This document shows positions 1 to 12,186 of a stretch of 64,000 nucleotides of DNA, one piece after another (the first letter of the stretch is position 1; each line of letters begins with the position of its first letter). The stretch is from Eledone cirrhosa (lineage: Eukaryota). The translations under genes were made by a program, and so were the position numbers. The stretch is taken from assembly GCA_964016885.1 (NCBI GenBank), contig OZ024743.1, positions 2,852,001 to 2,916,000 on the forward strand, in the 5' to 3' direction. Below the pieces are notes generated by a model. It did no database searches. It was not told the origin of the DNA and saw nothing but the letters and a program-made list of their open reading frames with translations.

Positions 1-375
1 CCCCCCCCACATAGCTCCATCCCCACCCTATTTCATATGTAATAATATGTTTATGCTTCTAACATTGATTCTCTATCCCCTGCCCACCACCACCATCATC
101 AGTATCACCTCTATCACCATCATAACAACCACTATCACCAATATTACACTTAGCACCATCACCACAATAACCACCAGCAGCACCAGCACTACCATTTCCC
201 CCTTGTAATGTTTCACAGATTGTTAAATGTTACAAACTATGAATGGATTATGTTGGCCATTTGCAATAACCCCACCCCTCCTTCCTCCTCTACACCACTC
301 CCTTCTTCTTCAACGTTACACCTCCCACATGCTATATCTTTGCTTTTTACTTTTCTCACCTCCTCCTTCTCAACT

Positions 376-1280
376 ACTACCACCACCACCAATGATGCCG
401 CCACCACCAATGTCACCACCACCACCACCGCCACCATCAATGTCACCACATCCACCACCAATGTCACCACCAATGTCACCACCACCACCACCACCACCAA
501 TGTCACCACCACCACCACCACCACCACCAATGTCACCACCACCACCACCACCACCAATGTCACCACCACCACCACCGCCACCACCAATGTCACCACCACC
601 ACCACCGCCACCATCAATGTCACCACATCCACCACCAATGTCACCACCACCACCACCACCATCAATGTCACCACCACCACCACCACCACCATCAATGTCA
701 CCACCGCCACCATCAATGTCACCGCCACCACCAATGTCACCACATCCACCACCGCCACCACCAATGTCACCGCCACCACCAATGTCACCACCACCGCCAC
801 CATCAATGTCACCACATCCACCACCAATGTCACCACCACCACCACCGCCACCATCAATGTCACCGCCACCACCAATGTCACCACATCCACCACCGCCACC
901 ACCAATGTCACCACCACCACCACCACCACCATCAATGTCACCGCCACCATCAATGTCACCACATCCACCACCACCACCACCACCGCCACCACCAATGTCA
1001 CCACCACCGCCACCACCAATGTCACCACCACCACCACCGCCACCACCAATGTCACCACATCCACCACCAATGTCACCACCACCACCACCGCCACCATCAA
1101 TGTCACCGCCACCACCAATGTCACCACATCCACCACCACCACCACCACCGCCACCACCAATGTCACCACCACCACCACCGCCACCACCAATGTCACCACA
1201 TCCACCACCAATGTCACCACCACCACCACCACCACCGCCACCACCAATGTCACCACATCCACCACCATATCTACCACCAC
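376..1280. repeat. Compound (ACC)n microsatellite punctuated by AATGTC, GCC, ATC and ACATCC
   Basis: Runs of ACC interrupted every ~15-36 nt by AATGTC; interruptions keep frame, giving Thr-, Pro-, Val- and Gly-rich ORFs in four frames. Confidence 0.9.
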
Positions 1281-1722
1281 ATTTGACAGTTTCACAAATG
1301 CCTATAATATCATTTAATAAGAGCATGATTAAAAATAACAAGCAATGGTACTGAACAAACTCTCTCCCCCACCCTCCCTCATTTGTCTTAACACATACAC
1401 ACACACATACATGTATACACTCAACCCACCCCCAATTTCTCAAAAACACACCCATTCTCTTCTCTCTCACACACATACTACCCTGTACACACCCACACAC
1501 ATTCTTCTCACCCCCAACCGCCACAACCTCCTTGCATGCACAAACACACTCTTAAATATCAACACAAACACATACTTTGTCTACTTTAAAATATCACACC
1601 TACACATGTTCTCTCACATTTCTACTTACACTAGTGTGCGCACATACACACACGCTCATACACACACACACACACATGCTACCACCATCATCATCACCAC
1701 CACCACCACCACCGCCGCCATC

Positions 1723-2010
1723 ACCATCATCATTTAATGTTTTCCCTGCTAGCAAGTGCTGGACAGGTTAGGTCAGTACTTAATCGGAGATACTGACCTC
1801 TCAGAAGGGCCAGCAGCCTGATTCTTACTTACATACATTCCCTCATTCTACAGAATCTGCCATGTTCATTTTATCATGGCACCAGCACAAGGGAGCGTGT
1901 AATGTTTTTGGCATAGTTTAAAGAGTCCTCATGACTCTTCGTTTGGCAAGTTTTCTGCAGCTGGATGCCCTTCCTATCACCAATCATTGTACAGAGTACA
2001 CTGGGTATGT
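1723..2010 (-). mobile_element. Degenerate fragments of the RTE-type SINE/LINE 3' tail
   Basis: catcatcatttaatg...gctagcaag start and gctggatgcccttcctatcaccaa motif match the tail family at 2181 and 56200-56370. Confidence 0.6.
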
Positions 2011-2063
2011 ATGTATTTTCGTATGTATGTATGTATGCATATATGTACGTACGTATATAAATA

Positions 2064-2106
2064 CAGGATGTCCTAAAAAATGTATACATATTTTGGTGAC
2101 ACCCTG
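2064..2106. mobile_element. 43-bp palindromic mini-MITE, Tc1/mariner-like
   Basis: TA|CAGGATGTC...GACACCCTG|TA; inverted termini, TA on both sides, central TGTATACA palindrome. Confidence 0.55.
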
Positions 2107-2180
2107 TATCTCTCTCTATATATATATATATATATGTGTACATATATATAGTTATGCATGTGTGTGTTTGTATATATATA

Positions 2181-2525
2181 TCATCATCATCATCATTTCA
2201 TTTTATGTCCGCTTTTTCCCTGCTTGCAAGGGTGGGACGGGAACTGATTCTGACTTGATTTCTACAGCTGGATGCCCTTCCTAACACCAACCTCATTTAC
2301 AGTGAGCGCTGGGTGCTTTTTTTGCCGTGGCACCTCTACGACCACTTTGTAGTGGAATGATAGGACCCCAGTCCCTATCATCTCATTTCTACAGCTGAGT
2401 AAACTGGAGCAATGTGAAATAAAGTGTCTTGCTCAAGGAAACAACACATCACCCGGTCTGAGAATTGAACTCACAACCTTTCGATTGCAAGGCCAATGTT
2501 CTAACCACTAAGCCATGTGCCTCCA
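2181..2525 (-). mobile_element. Full-length tRNA-derived CORE-type SINE with RTE-type tail
   Basis: Minus strand: A box TGGCTTAGTGG, B box GAGTTCAATTC, CORE-like ccttgagcaagacactttatttcacattgctccag, one ~48-bp module, then (GAT)n end; near-identical copy at 59448-59782; flanked by TA repeats. Confidence 0.88.
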
Positions 2526-2774
2526 TATATATAAATTGTGTATGTGTAAATAAATGTATTTATGTGTATGTTTCCACACACACGCACGCACGCGCACGCG
2601 CGCAACAAACAATTTCAGTAGATTTCCTCAGTGAATATTTCCCAACATAATAAATTCTTGTCTCTGCTTTTTTTTTCTATTTTGTTTAATTTCCTAATTT
2701 GTTTCCTGAAATGAAATGATCAGGAATTCAAATTTAACTCCTGCTGTAGAAAAAACATTTAAGAAGATAGAGCA

Positions 2775-3390
2775 TAGGACAACTTGCTTTGTAGCATGTA
2801 GTTACAACCTTTTATATTCTGAGTTCAAATCATGTTGAGGTTAGCTTTGCCTTTTATCCTTATGGGGTCGATAAAATGAAGTACCTGTAATGCATTGGGG
2901 TTGATTGAATTGACTTTCCCCTTCCCTTTAAATTGTTAACCTTGTGCCACAAATAGAAACAATTATTATTACTGATAGTGCAGTGGATTAGTAGAACTGG
3001 TAGATAAACAGTGGATTGGCAGTACAGTAGAGTATCGGGCACTATGCTTTGTGGTATATAGTTATGGCCCTTTACATTCTGAGTTCAAATTCCACTGAGG
3101 TTAGCTTTGCTTTTCATCCTTACGGGGTCAATAAAATAAAGTACCAGTCATGCCCCGGCCGATTTACCCCCCCCCCCCCAAAAAAAAAAGGCTGGCCTTG
3201 TGCCTAAATCAGAAACCATTATTTAGTTATGACTTACTATATCCTGAATTCAAATCTGGCCATGGTTAACTTTGCCTTTTATTCTTACAGTTTCTAAGCT
3301 TAGTTAAGTACTGGGTCGATATAATCAACTTTCTGTTTCTCACAAATTGCGAGCCTTTGTGTCAAAGTTAGGAAGTATTATTAGTATTAT
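2775..3390 (+). mobile_element. Three head-to-tail copies of a second SINE family (possibly Meta/Sauria-like central domain)
   Basis: Repeated ctgagttcaaat...ctttgccttt(c/t)atcctta(c/t)ggggtc(g/a)ataaaat..agtacc motif ending in ATT-rich tails; superfamily label is from memory, not a search. Confidence 0.7.
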
Positions 3391-3859
3391 TGATGGTTTG
3401 CATTGTAAATATGATAATTACTGGATCTCCTGTTTATCAAGTCTCAACAAAGACCCTACATAGACAGTAATTTCCAGAGTATATATTCAGTGTCCACAAG
3501 GCAGTCTTTTGTAGGAGAGCAGCTTGTAATTCAAGGTCTATTTACTCAAGATATACTCCTCTCAGTTTTAGTGGTATCAAGCTGAAAGCTCTGATGACAA
3601 CTGGAATTATCTTGATACTGTGAGGCAGTATTAACCTTATTCATGTAATTTTGATCTTTAAGTCAGAATATTTTGATATTTTTCCATTTTTCTTTTTCAA
3701 AATCCATCTAAAGCAATGTCTGTAGGTTACTTCTTGGCAAAAAGAGAGTGGAGGGTGACAGCTTGACCATAGTAATGCTTTATTAGAGAGAAGAGTCTAA
3801 ACAGCAATATTGTTGAATGAATCTCTATAAAAAATTATGAGGCCATCTTTGTAGTCCAT

Positions 3860-4045
3860 TGCTCTGTTAGAAATAACAGCCAAATCTTTCTCAAATCAAA
3901 CCCTATCATCTCACATAGAAAAAGGATACATTAGATAATGTAGACAGATATATTATGTCTGAGAAAAAGATGGGATAGTCATGATTGGAACACCTTTGAT
4001 TATATGCCTGCTTAATCAGTACTGACTTTTGGCTAAATAACTAAA
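3860..4045. mobile_element. Degenerate dispersed repeat fragment
   Basis: Reverse-complement similarity to 12880-12945, 13170-13205 and 13363-13440. Confidence 0.45.
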
Positions 4046-4295
4046 TTAGTTGATGAAAGCAATCATTTGGTTAGTGGAAACTGTACCTTAAATATATATA
4101 TCTATTGTATGTATTCAGATCTTCAATCATTCTGAATAGAAACTGTAACAATCAAAGTTGTCTACATTTAGGGCAATGTTAAATGTAGGCTTGTTATTTT
4201 AATCTATGAACAATTGGGTTTGCCACTTATATATTTCTGTTTTGTGGTTTGAATATTAGCCTTTCAAGTACCAAGTTATCTGAAATGGCCACCGT

Positions 4296-4414
4296 TTCTA
4301 CAATACTGAACTATTTGTTTTAAAGTGTTTATATTCAAATTTAAACCTTCCATTCGTTCTACAATACTGAACTATTTGTTTTAAACTGTTTATATTCAAA
4401 TTTAAACCTTCCAT
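4296..4414. repeat. 61-bp-period tandem duplication
   Basis: ttctacaatactgaactatttgttttaaa(g/c)tgtttatattcaaatttaaaccttccat at 4296 and 4357. Confidence 0.9.
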
Positions 4415-4910
4415 CATATTTCATCTAAGAAAACTTTGTTTCATCTAAGAAAACTTCGCTTAATAATGAGAAAGTTATATTACTAAATCGCTCTAAATTT
4501 TTGATTATTTTCAAAATATGAAATCATAGGCAGTGCTTATCATTAGAAATATGTTAATGAAAGAGTTAATAATGGTTTCTGATTTAGACACAAGGCCAGC
4601 AATTTTTGGGGAGGGGAACATCGCTTAAATCGACCACAGTGTATGACTGGTACTTTATTTTATTGACCCCGTAAGGATGAAAAGCAAAGCTAACCTCGGC
4701 GGGATTTGAATTCAGAACATAAAGGGCTGTAACTCTATGCTGCCAAGCATGGTGTCCGACACTCTACCGATTCTGCCAATCCACTGCCCTAACGAAAGAG
4801 TTAATAATGAGAAAGTTAATTATATTAGTAAATCCTTACAAATTCCTGATTATCAAAATGATTTGAAAATCATAGGCAGTGTCTTTCATTAGAAATATGC
4901 TAAGAAAGAA
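4400..4910. mobile_element. AT-rich dispersed repeat with internal ~105-bp duplication, split by a SINE
   Basis: ttaataatgagaaagtt...aaatcataggcagtg...tcattagaaatatg at ~4460 and 4801; related to 63295-63370 and, inverted, to 61960-62310. Confidence 0.6.
4575..4793 (-). mobile_element. Second-family SINE with 16-bp target-site duplication
   Basis: Reverse complement of the 3005-3222 family; GAAAGAGTTAATAATG at 4559-4574 and 4794-4809. Confidence 0.85.
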
Positions 4911-6269
4911 ATTGGCTATGTTCAAACCTGGGAAGAGGCTGTGCTCTGCCAGTTTTAAAATACCCACTCTGTCATGACATTACCCCTATGGCTACATCAG
5001 GAGTTACAGGTTGATACATATATACCCAGATATGCAACCAACTCCCTACAGCAACTCGGTGAATTGAGGTGATGTAGAATATAATGTTCTACCCAGAAAC
5101 ACCACAAACCCTGATTTGAATTCAGACCTGATGTATTTATTTCTATTTAACCAATACTGTTTGGTGGCTAGGACTCATCCATTTTGCAGTTGAAGTTCCT
5201 AAATACAATCAGAATTGCTATTCTGATAGTTTCTTTCCTCACACATCTCACCTTTGGAATTCTCTTTCTGCTTCCCTGACAACTACAATTTGCAAAAATT
5301 CAAAAACATCAATCACCACCTCTCTTCTTGAATTATGTTCTCTGTCTTGTCCTTTTCTCTTCTCATTAACCCCTTGCATTTTAGTGGCTTTATTGTCTTG
5401 CTTGGAGTAAATAAATTAAAAAAATTAGACCAAAACAGTTAAGTATTTAACCAATACTGTTAGCTGATTTCTCCATCTACTATTAAGAACTTCTTTATTA
5501 TTACTGTCATAGGTAAAATATCACTTTCAAGTGACAACACTATACACATGTAATAAAAAATTCCTTATAGTCTTCTACTTCCATTTTTGTCCATGCAAAA
5601 ATATTTTTTCTTCTTGTGTGTGTGTGGACAAATTTAAAGTATTGAGATAAAAATCAAGGAAGTGTGCTCACAGTAAATTCTTTAGCCTTGTTAAAACTTC
5701 TGGTAGTTTTCATTTATTACTATCCTCATTAATATTATTATTTTATTTTTTTTTTGTAGAAATTATTATTATTTTTTTTTGTAGAACTTATCAATGTTCT
5801 GATTGTCTTTTGTAACTCCTTCTTGTTTTCAAGGAAACAGATAAAGTCTGTGAAATTTTGTTCTACTTTGTTAATACCATATGGTTTCATTTTCTGCTAC
5901 CCTCCACCAAAAAAAAAAAGAAGAGAAAGAAAAAATGTTTCTTAAATAGAAAAGTTTATTTGCATTTCAGCTTGTACAATACTGTCATTGAAACATGTAG
6001 TTGAGTCAGTCGTTGCAGTTCCTATTTGTCTGCATTGACCAACCATTCTAGCCCAACAGCCAGTTTCATTATCTAGCTAAGATATATGGTTTTGTTTGTT
6101 TAGATCTATTCAAAAATTTCTGCTAGAGAACCAAACATTATCTTAATCAAGAAACCTTAAAAAGCTGATAGGGTAACACAGCATATTCCATATTGTTTTA
6201 GGAACATTTACTATTCCTCAGTTTTTTTTCTAAATTCTATTTCTAATCTATATCATTTGGCTATTGTCA

Positions 6270-6520
6270 GTACATTAGATAGAATGCTTTGCAGTATTTG
6301 CTCTGGTTCTATGTGTTCTGGGTTCAAATCCCACTAAAGTCAACTTTGCCTTTCATCCTTTTGAAGTCGATAAAAAAAGTACCAGTCCAGTACTGGAGTC
6401 AATTCTTTCTCTATATCGCTTTCAGACTTCCTCTCTCTTATTCTCTTCTGCTCTGAAAGAAATCAGCTGTATTTAGATCTGGAGATGGGATAGGTTGTGC
6501 CAGGTTTAAAGTGCCCAAGA
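6270..6520 (+). mobile_element. Second-family SINE variant with extended 3' region
   Basis: gttcaaatcccactaaagtcaactttgcctttcatcc core plus ctctgaaagaaatc...ttagatctggaga..ggatagg...gtttaaagtg.cca, shared with 16497-16745. Confidence 0.7.
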
Positions 6521-6592
6521 CATACTGTATATCACAATGGCACCTCTATGACTCCATCAGGGCTATACATACATTACTGTTGTACTATGTCT

Positions 6593-6862
6593 AGGTACAT
6601 GACCGAGTGGTTAGGCTGTTGTACTCATGTTCACAAGGTCATGGGTTTGATTCCTGGACTGGATGACATGTTCTTGAACAAAATACTTTATTTCATGTTG
6701 CTCCTACTGCCAGGAATTGTAGCGAGCAGATGCTACCAGTAATGGAAAAATTAGTTCTTTGGTCTAATCTGACGACCAGCAGAGAATATCAGCAATGGAA
6801 AAACCAATGGAAACCTTGTTTCCTTGGTCCAATCTGATGATCAATAGATAGTATCAGCAATG
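6593..6862 (+). mobile_element. tRNA/CORE SINE with alternative, partly tandemised 3' tail
   Basis: Degenerate A box tgaccgagtggtt, B box gggtttgattcc, CORE actttatttcatgttgctcc; tail shared with 11386-11592. Confidence 0.7.
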
Positions 6863-6955
6863 TCTTGTGTGGTATAGATCTGCTGAATGAGATTGAGTAT
6901 AAGTTTATGGACAATAAGGTGGTTACCAGACATTGTCATGTGTGTATGTGCATAC

Positions 6956-7035
6956 CACCATCACTTCTTATATATGTGCGCACACCATCACTTCTTATAT
7001 ATGTGCGCACACCATCACTTCTTATATATGTGCGC
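6956..7035. repeat. 27-bp minisatellite, 3 copies
   Basis: caccatcacttcttatatatgtgcgca at 6956, 6983, 7010. Confidence 0.9.
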
Positions 7036-7107
7036 CTGCACAACCATTAACATTTCCATAAAAGTCTACCAAAGTACTACTGCCTTTTGAAAAATGGCAA
7101 TAACTTT

Positions 7108-7140
<33 letters not shown>

Positions 7141-7281
7141 CACACACACACAGTTAGACACTTTATTTGAATGTCACTTTGTGTAAGTTAGAATTTGAAT
7201 CCTATTTATATGGAGACAGAGAAACAAAACAGTTCATTGAAATTATCACAAATGTAACTTCTCAAATTTTAACCACCCCAT

Positions 7282-7332
7282 CTCTCTCTCTCTATATATA
7301 TATACATATATATACACATACACACAGACATA

Positions 7333-7377
<45 letters not shown>

Positions 7378-7510
7378 ATATACATACACATATACACACA
7401 CACGTATACACATACTTATATATATACACACACATATATATATATATATACATATATATAAATATATATATATACATATATATACATATATATATATACA
7501 CATATATACA
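7282..7510. repeat. TA/CA microsatellite
   Basis: Direct reading. Confidence 0.95.
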
Positions 7511-7511
7511 C

Positions 7512-7752
7512 ATCATCATCGTTTAACGTCCATCTTCCACGCTTGCATGGGTTTGGACGGCAATTTTCCCACTTGAGGCAAGATTGGTTGTCCTGCTCGT
7601 ATAGGACTGTCTGGCGGGTTTTCTACGGCTGGATGCCCTTCCTAACACCAACCACATTTACAGTGTGGACTGGGAGGCTTTTACCGTGTTACCTACACGG
7701 CCACATTACAGCGTGGACTATGTGTTTTTTTTTTGTCGTGACACCTACACGA
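7512..7752 (-). mobile_element. RTE-type 3' tail fragment with two modules
   Basis: catcatcatcgtttaacgtcc...ggctggatgcccttcctaacaccaacc followed by two ttacag.gtggact...acctacacg units. Confidence 0.8.
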
Positions 7753-7924
7753 GCTCATTTATTTCGGACTGGATGTTGTGGTACCAACATAACTTTACAT
7801 CAAAAGGGGTGGTGTGGATGGGGTGGGGGTAGTGGGACGGGGGGTGTATTTTTGTTAAGAGGTGCCTACTGACTGTAGGTTTCGCTTTGTACTTAGGCAA
7901 GGCGGCCTTCTGTATTACTACGTA

Positions 7925-8142
7925 ATATATATATATATTTATATATACATATATATATATATATATTTATATATACATATATATACATATATATTTATAT
8001 ATACATATATATATATACATATATATTTATATATACATATATACATATATATACATATACATATATATTTATATATACATATATATATATACATATATAT
8101 ACATATATATATAAAAATATATATGTGCATACATACATATAT
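7925..8142. repeat. TA-rich microsatellite
   Basis: Direct reading. Confidence 0.95.
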
Positions 8143-8451
8143 CATTTAGTCTGACTGTCTCTTTCTCCCCCTCCCCTCCCATACAATGTTACCTTGTGTC
8201 TCTCATAACATAAGACAGATATTGTTAGGTTTCCATAATTGCTAAGTAGTGGCAGTTAACTACTAATGTTGTGTACCACAAAACCAGATTCTTGAAAAGT
8301 ATAAAACAGCACTCTGACTAAATCATGTTTTAAAAATTAGTCTTTACTCTAATACTGTTAATCTTCACAATGATCTGTCTAGTAGTAAATATACTATACA
8401 CATTTGAATTAACAAACCAGTTTTTAGATATTTTCTGCTAAATCACTACAG

Positions 8452-8631
8452 GATGTATATGGTTTAAACTTTATGTTGTGTGTTTTGGTGTATAGTTTAA
8501 GCCCTATGTTTGATGTTTTGATGGGTTGTTTAAACTCTGATTGATGTGCAGTTTAAACTCTGTTAAGGTCTGCTTGGATGTGTGGTTTAAGCTCTATGTT
8601 GATGTGTAGTTTAAGCTCTGCTCTATGTTGA
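8452..8631. repeat. Degenerate ~24-32-bp minisatellite (gatgtgtggtttaagctctatgtt-like)
   Basis: About six diverged gtttaa(a/g)c(t/c)ct-type units; resumes at 8939-8976 after a SINE. Confidence 0.6.
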
Positions 8632-8935
8632 TCATCATCATCACCGTTTTACGTCCGTTCTTCCACGCTAGCATGGGTTAGACAGGTTGTCTTGCTCATA
8701 CAGGAACTGATTCTGGCTTGATTTCTACAGCTGGATGACCTTCCTAACACCAACCTCATTTACAGTCAGTGCTGGGTGCTTTTTTTCCGTGGCACCTTCA
8801 CGTCCACTTTACAGTGTGGGCTGGGTGCTTTTTTGCTGTGGCACCTCCACAACCACTTTTGTAGTGGAATGATAGGGATCCCAGTCCTATCATCTCATTT
8901 CTACAGCTGAGTAAACTGGAGCAATGTGAAATAAA
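8632..8935 (-). mobile_element. 5'-truncated CORE SINE with RTE-type tail and two modules
   Basis: Same body as 2181-2525 but two ttacagt..gctgggtgctttttt units; stops inside CORE. Confidence 0.85.
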
Positions 8936-8976
8936 ATTGATATATACTTTAATCCTTGTTTTGATGTGTGGTTTAA

Positions 8977-9182
8977 CCCTTTAACATTTACATTACTCTA
9001 TATATATACTATTGTATTATTGTGGTAAAGGCTTTATCTCACATATCAAATCTAAGAGATTTTGATATTATTTAATTTGAGAACATACCTTAACATTAGT
9101 ATGAGTGGTTAGTTTCGGCCGGTTTGAACAGAAAGAGGTGAGAGAATTCTGGCTGGATATGGCCGGCTTAGATGCCAAAGTG
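8977..9182. mobile_element. piggyBac-like MITE
   Basis: TTAA|CCCTTTAACATTT...AGATGCCAAAGTG|TTAA; inverted copy at 12950-13165. Confidence 0.8.
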
Positions 9183-9578
9183 TTAAACCATATTTCATAG
9201 AATCTTTCTCAAATGAAAAGATTATAACATGTTTCTGTATTGGCAAATAAAATATCCATAAGAATGTATAATGTGTATATTTAGTTGTTCTGGTAGCCAT
9301 GCTCCAGTATTGGGAATTTTTATATTCTAACTGGGACTGATAAAACCTCTGGGGAAGATCATCTTGTCAGTGTCATCTCTACTTGTTCCCTGGCATAGTA
9401 AGTAGACATATTATAGAGCCCAGGATATGTCCCTTAATTCTTATGGTTAAGTGAAGTCTTTCTTATCAACTTTCACAAGCAATCCTAGTATCACTCTTTC
9501 TCTTTCTTTCTCAACTCTTTCATTTTATTGTCTGGATTTTCCTTCTTTTGTTTTTGCTTCTTTGTCTTTTGTCTTTTG

Positions 9579-9688
9579 TTCTTCTTCTTCGTCTTCTTCT
9601 TCGTCTTCTTCTTCGTCTTCTTCTTCGTCTTCTTCTTCATCTTCTTCTTCGTCTTCTTCTTCATCTTCTTCTTCGTCTTCTTCTTCTT
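9579..9688. repeat. (TCTTCTTCTTCR)n microsatellite
   Basis: 12-nt periodic TCT repeat. Confidence 0.95.
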
Positions 9689-10400
9689 GCCCTCTCTCTT
9701 ATTGGCTGTTATTTCTCCTCTTTCCTCAAGAATTTCAGGAGTGAAAGAAATCCTTGGAGACAGCATTAAGTAAATGTATGAAAATAAAATAAAATAGAAT
9801 AAAAATAAAATATATAAATAAAAGTAATTCAATTGAGATAAAAATACCCCCCCCCCCCAAAAAAAAAACACTCCCTCCCTATCCCTCATCACCGCCCCTC
9901 CCTCCCCAGTCCTTGCCCCTCCCCTATTCTAAAAAGACAACCAAATGAAAAGGAAACAAAACAGAATGCCTGGTAGTGGTGTCTCATGATACAAGTCTTA
10001 GATTAGTCTCCATCTCCATCATATATTAGTCATAAGTCACCAAGAGGTAGAAGTAAAACAAGTGAAGTCCTGAAAGATATTTATTTGTACTATAGAAGTT
10101 AAGAAAGAGAGACATTAGTACTGGTGTTGGTAATTTGGTGTTGGAATCTTACTACTTAGGATATTATAAACCTTCATTATTTCTCAACATTCTCTCTATC
10201 TCTCTCTCACTCTCTCTGTCCTTCTTCTGCAATCTTCAATCTCCAAACATATTACCAACCTACTCCAGTCATCTATGTAAGTCCCTAATATTTACTTGTT
10301 CTCTCACGTTTTGATTCTTAAATTCCATTTGTTTTCTTTTGTTATACTATACTGTATATACATATTCATATCCATATATACACACACTCACACACACACT

Positions 10401-10432
<32 letters not shown>

Positions 10433-10582
10433 TACACGCACACAAACATGTAAACACACATATATATAAACACGCACGCACACAATATTCTGAACTAAAA
10501 TGTCACTTTTAGAATCCAACCACATATATTTTTTTTCTGTTTAATCTTTGGTACTGTGTTTTCTTGAATAGCCCCCCCCCCA

Positions 10583-10584
<2 letters not shown>

Positions 10585-10667
<83 letters not shown>
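10585..10667. repeat. (CT)n microsatellite
   Basis: Direct reading; another (CT)n at 10968-11027. Confidence 0.95.
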
Positions 10668-10670
<3 letters not shown>

Positions 10671-10966
10671 ACTGCTCCAAGAAGTCTCTAAGAACTAATA
10701 AGATTTCAACAAGTCCTGCTTGTTTTGTTTTCACATATTTACTCTGCTTCTAACACGTTAGTCTGTGAGAAATTGTTTTTTTGTATTTTGACTGAGACAT
10801 GGAATTCCTAATATTTCGTGTGTGTGTGTGTGTGTGTGATACAATATTTGTGTGTGTGTGTGTCTGTATGTGTGTGTATAAATGTTTATTTATTTATTTA
10901 TGTATAAATCTACCTACCTATCTATCTATATATAAATCTCTATATATCTACATATATATCTATCTG

Positions 10967-11026
<60 letters not shown>

Positions 11027-11030
<4 letters not shown>

Positions 11031-11168
11031 GCTGTAAAAACCGAGACAAAATGCAGTTCTGTTTGAGCATGGCATGCAATGGCCAACTGGCCAGACTTAT
11101 AAAGTGGACACTCCGTCTGACCCATGCAAGCATGGATATAAGACGTTAAATGGTAATGATGATGATGA
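11027..11168 (+). mobile_element. RTE-type 3' tail fragment
   Basis: ccagctgtaaaaacc...ccgtctgacccatgcaagcatgg...gacgttaaatggtaatgatgatgatga. Confidence 0.75.
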
Positions 11169-11385
11169 GAATATATATATATATACACACACACATGAAT
11201 GTACTCAGCTAGATGAAATGACCAGGCTGAAACTTCAAATTCACTGCCACTTTCCTAGTTAGAAAATATATTTCTCTACAGTACTCACCAGTATTGAGTG
11301 CACTCATTCATTTAATGTTTGAATGTTTTAAATACTACAGTATTTTATACACATATTCTTATTTATACACATATTCTTTTTTTAT

Positions 11386-11592
11386 GTGAAGGTGTGTGGC
11401 TGAGGGGTTAGAGAATTGGATTCACAATCTTGAGATTGTGAGTTCGATTCCTGGACCGGGCGGTGCATTATGCCCTTGGGCAAGACACTTTATTTCATGT
11501 TGCTCCTTCTACCTGGAGTTGCGACCGATAGATAGTACTAGCAACTGGAAAGACCGATGGAAACATTGTTTCCTCGGTCCGATTTGACGAAA
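11386..11592 (+). mobile_element. tRNA/CORE SINE with alternative tail
   Basis: A box tggctgagggg, B box gagttcgattcc, CORE cccttgggcaagacactttatttcatgttgctcc, tail hairpin gaccga-t-ggaaac-att-gtttcc-tcggtc. Confidence 0.82.
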
Positions 11593-11984
11593 GTCGATCG
11601 ATTCTTATTTATGTATATGTGTGTCTCTGTGCATGTGTGTGTGTGTGCTTAGTATTGGTCACGAGCATGAATACTCAATACCATAGTAGAGATTAATATA
11701 TTCTTTATTAAAGCCAAGTTACTTCTGTTACTCTGGAGTTTCTCCTGTGTTTTGCAAAGAATTAAATAGTACATTGATAATGTTAATTATTAACAGGTTT
11801 TAAATCTATTCTGTGAAAGCAAACTTTGCCCCGCAAAACAATTTTAGAAGGGGTAACTTTACAGCAAAGACTGGATACACTTTATGTTGTTGTTTAGTTC
11901 CAGTTCATGTATGTCTAATGTATATATATTAATAAATTTATATAAAACACCAGTATCCTTACTTTTGGGACAAACCTTGTATGT

Positions 11985-12145
11985 ATCATTATCATCATCA
12001 TCACTGTTTAACGTCTACTATTCCATGATAGCATGGGTTAGATGGGTTGTCTCATTTGAGACAAATTGGGTCCAGTGACCTGTCTTGCTCATATAGAACT
12101 GTTTCTGGCTTGGTTTCTACGGCTGGATGCCCTTCCTAACGCCAA

Positions 12146-12148
<3 letters not shown>
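11985..12148 (-). mobile_element. RTE-type 3' tail fragment
   Basis: catcatca...tttaacgtc...gcatgggttagatgg...ggctggatgcccttcctaacgccaac. Confidence 0.75.

Positions 12149-12181
<33 letters not shown>

Positions 12182-12186
<5 letters not shown>

Noticed and set aside
227-1524. Extensin-like Pro-rich, Gly-rich and Val-rich ORFs
   Set aside because: Alternative readings of the same (ACC)n compound microsatellite.
2450-2525. tRNA genes here and at 6593, 11386, 16395, 59710
   Set aside because: A/B boxes are present but mostly run into CORE sequence and lack a proper acceptor stem; these are SINE heads.
9451-9892. Poly-Ser, Lys-rich, Phe-rich and Leu-rich ORFs
   Set aside because: Translations of the (TCT)n microsatellite.
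9960-10290. Possible host exon (splice-like signals such as atGTAAGT near 10274)
   Set aside because: No convincing reading frame or recognisable peptide; cannot be supported without transcript data.
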